Source: Yuukianura sp. NJ FZ-2021
Taxonomy: Eukaryota
DNA: 64,000 nt
Assembly (NCBI GenBank): GCA_046563655.1
Contig: CM102290.1
Location: forward strand, 62,001 to 126,000
Direction: 5' to 3'
A program made the translations under genes and the position numbers. This document shows, one piece after another, positions 51,086 through 64,000 of this stretch (position 1 is the stretch's first letter; each line of letters opens with the position of its first letter). The notes below the pieces were generated by a model. That model worked only from the letters and a program-made list of their open reading frames with translations, had not been told where the DNA came from and did not search any database.

Positions 51086-51907
51086 TGAATCGAAAATGTA
51101 TTGTAAAGGCTGGGGGGCAAGCCCCCCCAGACCCCCCCCTCCTTTTGGTTTCTGAGTTGAGATGGAATTTGTGGAAGTCTGTGCTTGGAGAAGCAATGTA
51201 AAAGGTACACCCCAGGATCGTTCCACTCTTCCACACAGAGAGTTTTTTGCACATATAGTTTGCATGGCCATGCTATTAGCATTGTGACCGAGGGAGCAAC
51301 ACTCGTCAATTAGAGTATGATTTTGATAACGAAGTTACGTCGTATGTTTCCAGTGTCCACAATTTCTCAGAATTAGGCACCCGCTGTAAACAAACACCTA
51401 CTAATTTCCGGAATACGCACAGCGTACCGTACACTCATTTCTTACTTTAACATTCCTATCACTATTCCCCTGACTCTTTTTTATTTCTCATTGCTTGAAT
51501 GACAAAAAAAGCAGAAGGGTTTTTATTAAAGCTAGGAAATAAATCGTTGTAACCGCCGTACGTAAGTAGTAGCGAAAGGAAATTGCAGTGCACAGACAGG
51601 AAGTTGAGCTTCTTTGTAGGTATTCCTGAGACTTACGATTAGTTAGATTTCATCATCAAATTCATTTCATTTCAGCAATGAAGGAAACAGTCATCAAGCA
51701 GGGACTCACAGTCTCGAAAGAAAGGTTGCGAAAAAGAATACACAGAGATTAGTTTGCATTTTCGGATATAACACCAGTTGTGGAATCTAATTTTATTGAG
51801 AAAAGAGCCAAGCTTTAACCTAACAGAGAATTTATGTAGCGAAACGAATTTTAGTAAAATCGAAGGGAAGAAAAAGTGGGTATTTGTGAAGTAGGATTCT
51901 TACAAGT

Positions 51908-52006
51908 GGTCATCTGCTAACTTTACAATTCTTCCATCTTAATTTGGAATGGGATGCGAAGTAAGATGGGAAAAGAGGGGGAGAATTGTAAAGTTAGCAG
52001 ATGACC
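51908..52006. repeat. 99-bp hairpin with 25-bp perfect arms (mini-MITE or hairpin RNA)
   Basis: GGTCATCTGCTAACTTTACAATTCT / AGAATTGTAAAGTTAGCAGATGACC. Confidence 0.8.
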
Positions 52007-52257
52007 GTGCTTAAATACGCGTGTCGGAGGTTTAGCTTTTTCATAGGTTTAGTGTAGCCACGCATTTGGATAGGAGTCACTATGTACTACATAATTGAAT
52101 GTGTTAAGATTAAAATCCCCATCAGTTTAGTGTACGAGTGTTTGGATCTACTACATGATCATTTGTTTCTATTCCAGGGATCACTTACTGTTGATATCGT
52201 GAGATCATTAGTGACTGAGTCGTGAAGTGTGATGGTGGCAGTATTTGGCTAAACAAA

Positions 52258-64000
<11,743 letters not shown>

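Overview
Intron-rich eukaryotic DNA, most likely arthropod (kuz/cnc/ago/fry-type genes, short AT-rich GT-AG introns, TTAGG repeats); most ORF-track entries are exon fragments or spurious. Apparently intact spliced genes: ADAM10/kuzbanian-like (17.5-20.9 kb), cnc/Nrf-family bZIP (22.3-28.6 kb), mitoferrin, SAMM50, an unrecognised 7-exon double-RING gene (36.2-38.2 kb), FBXW7/ago, an SH3D19-like adaptor, and the 5' part of furry (52.3 kb to window end). The first 17.4 kb is the most unusual part. A ~1.6 kb non-coding cassette occurs three times. It contains an inverted-repeat + TATA + Inr promoter module (7 forward copies, one truncated, plus 1 inverted degenerate copy) and a ~110-nt covarying hairpin. 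Each cassette is followed ~210 nt after that hairpin by the start codon of a different, unrelated, intron-containing gene (MECR fragment fused to a p47/UBX fragment; DMAP1 fragment; intact ADAM10). The window also holds USP22 and USP7 pseudogenes, an out-of-frame SAMM50-FBXW7 chimera joined at a splice acceptor, a foldback element, a TIR element filled with satellite arrays, and several MITEs. All family calls come from my recognition of translated motifs, not from database searches; coordinates and identities were read by eye.
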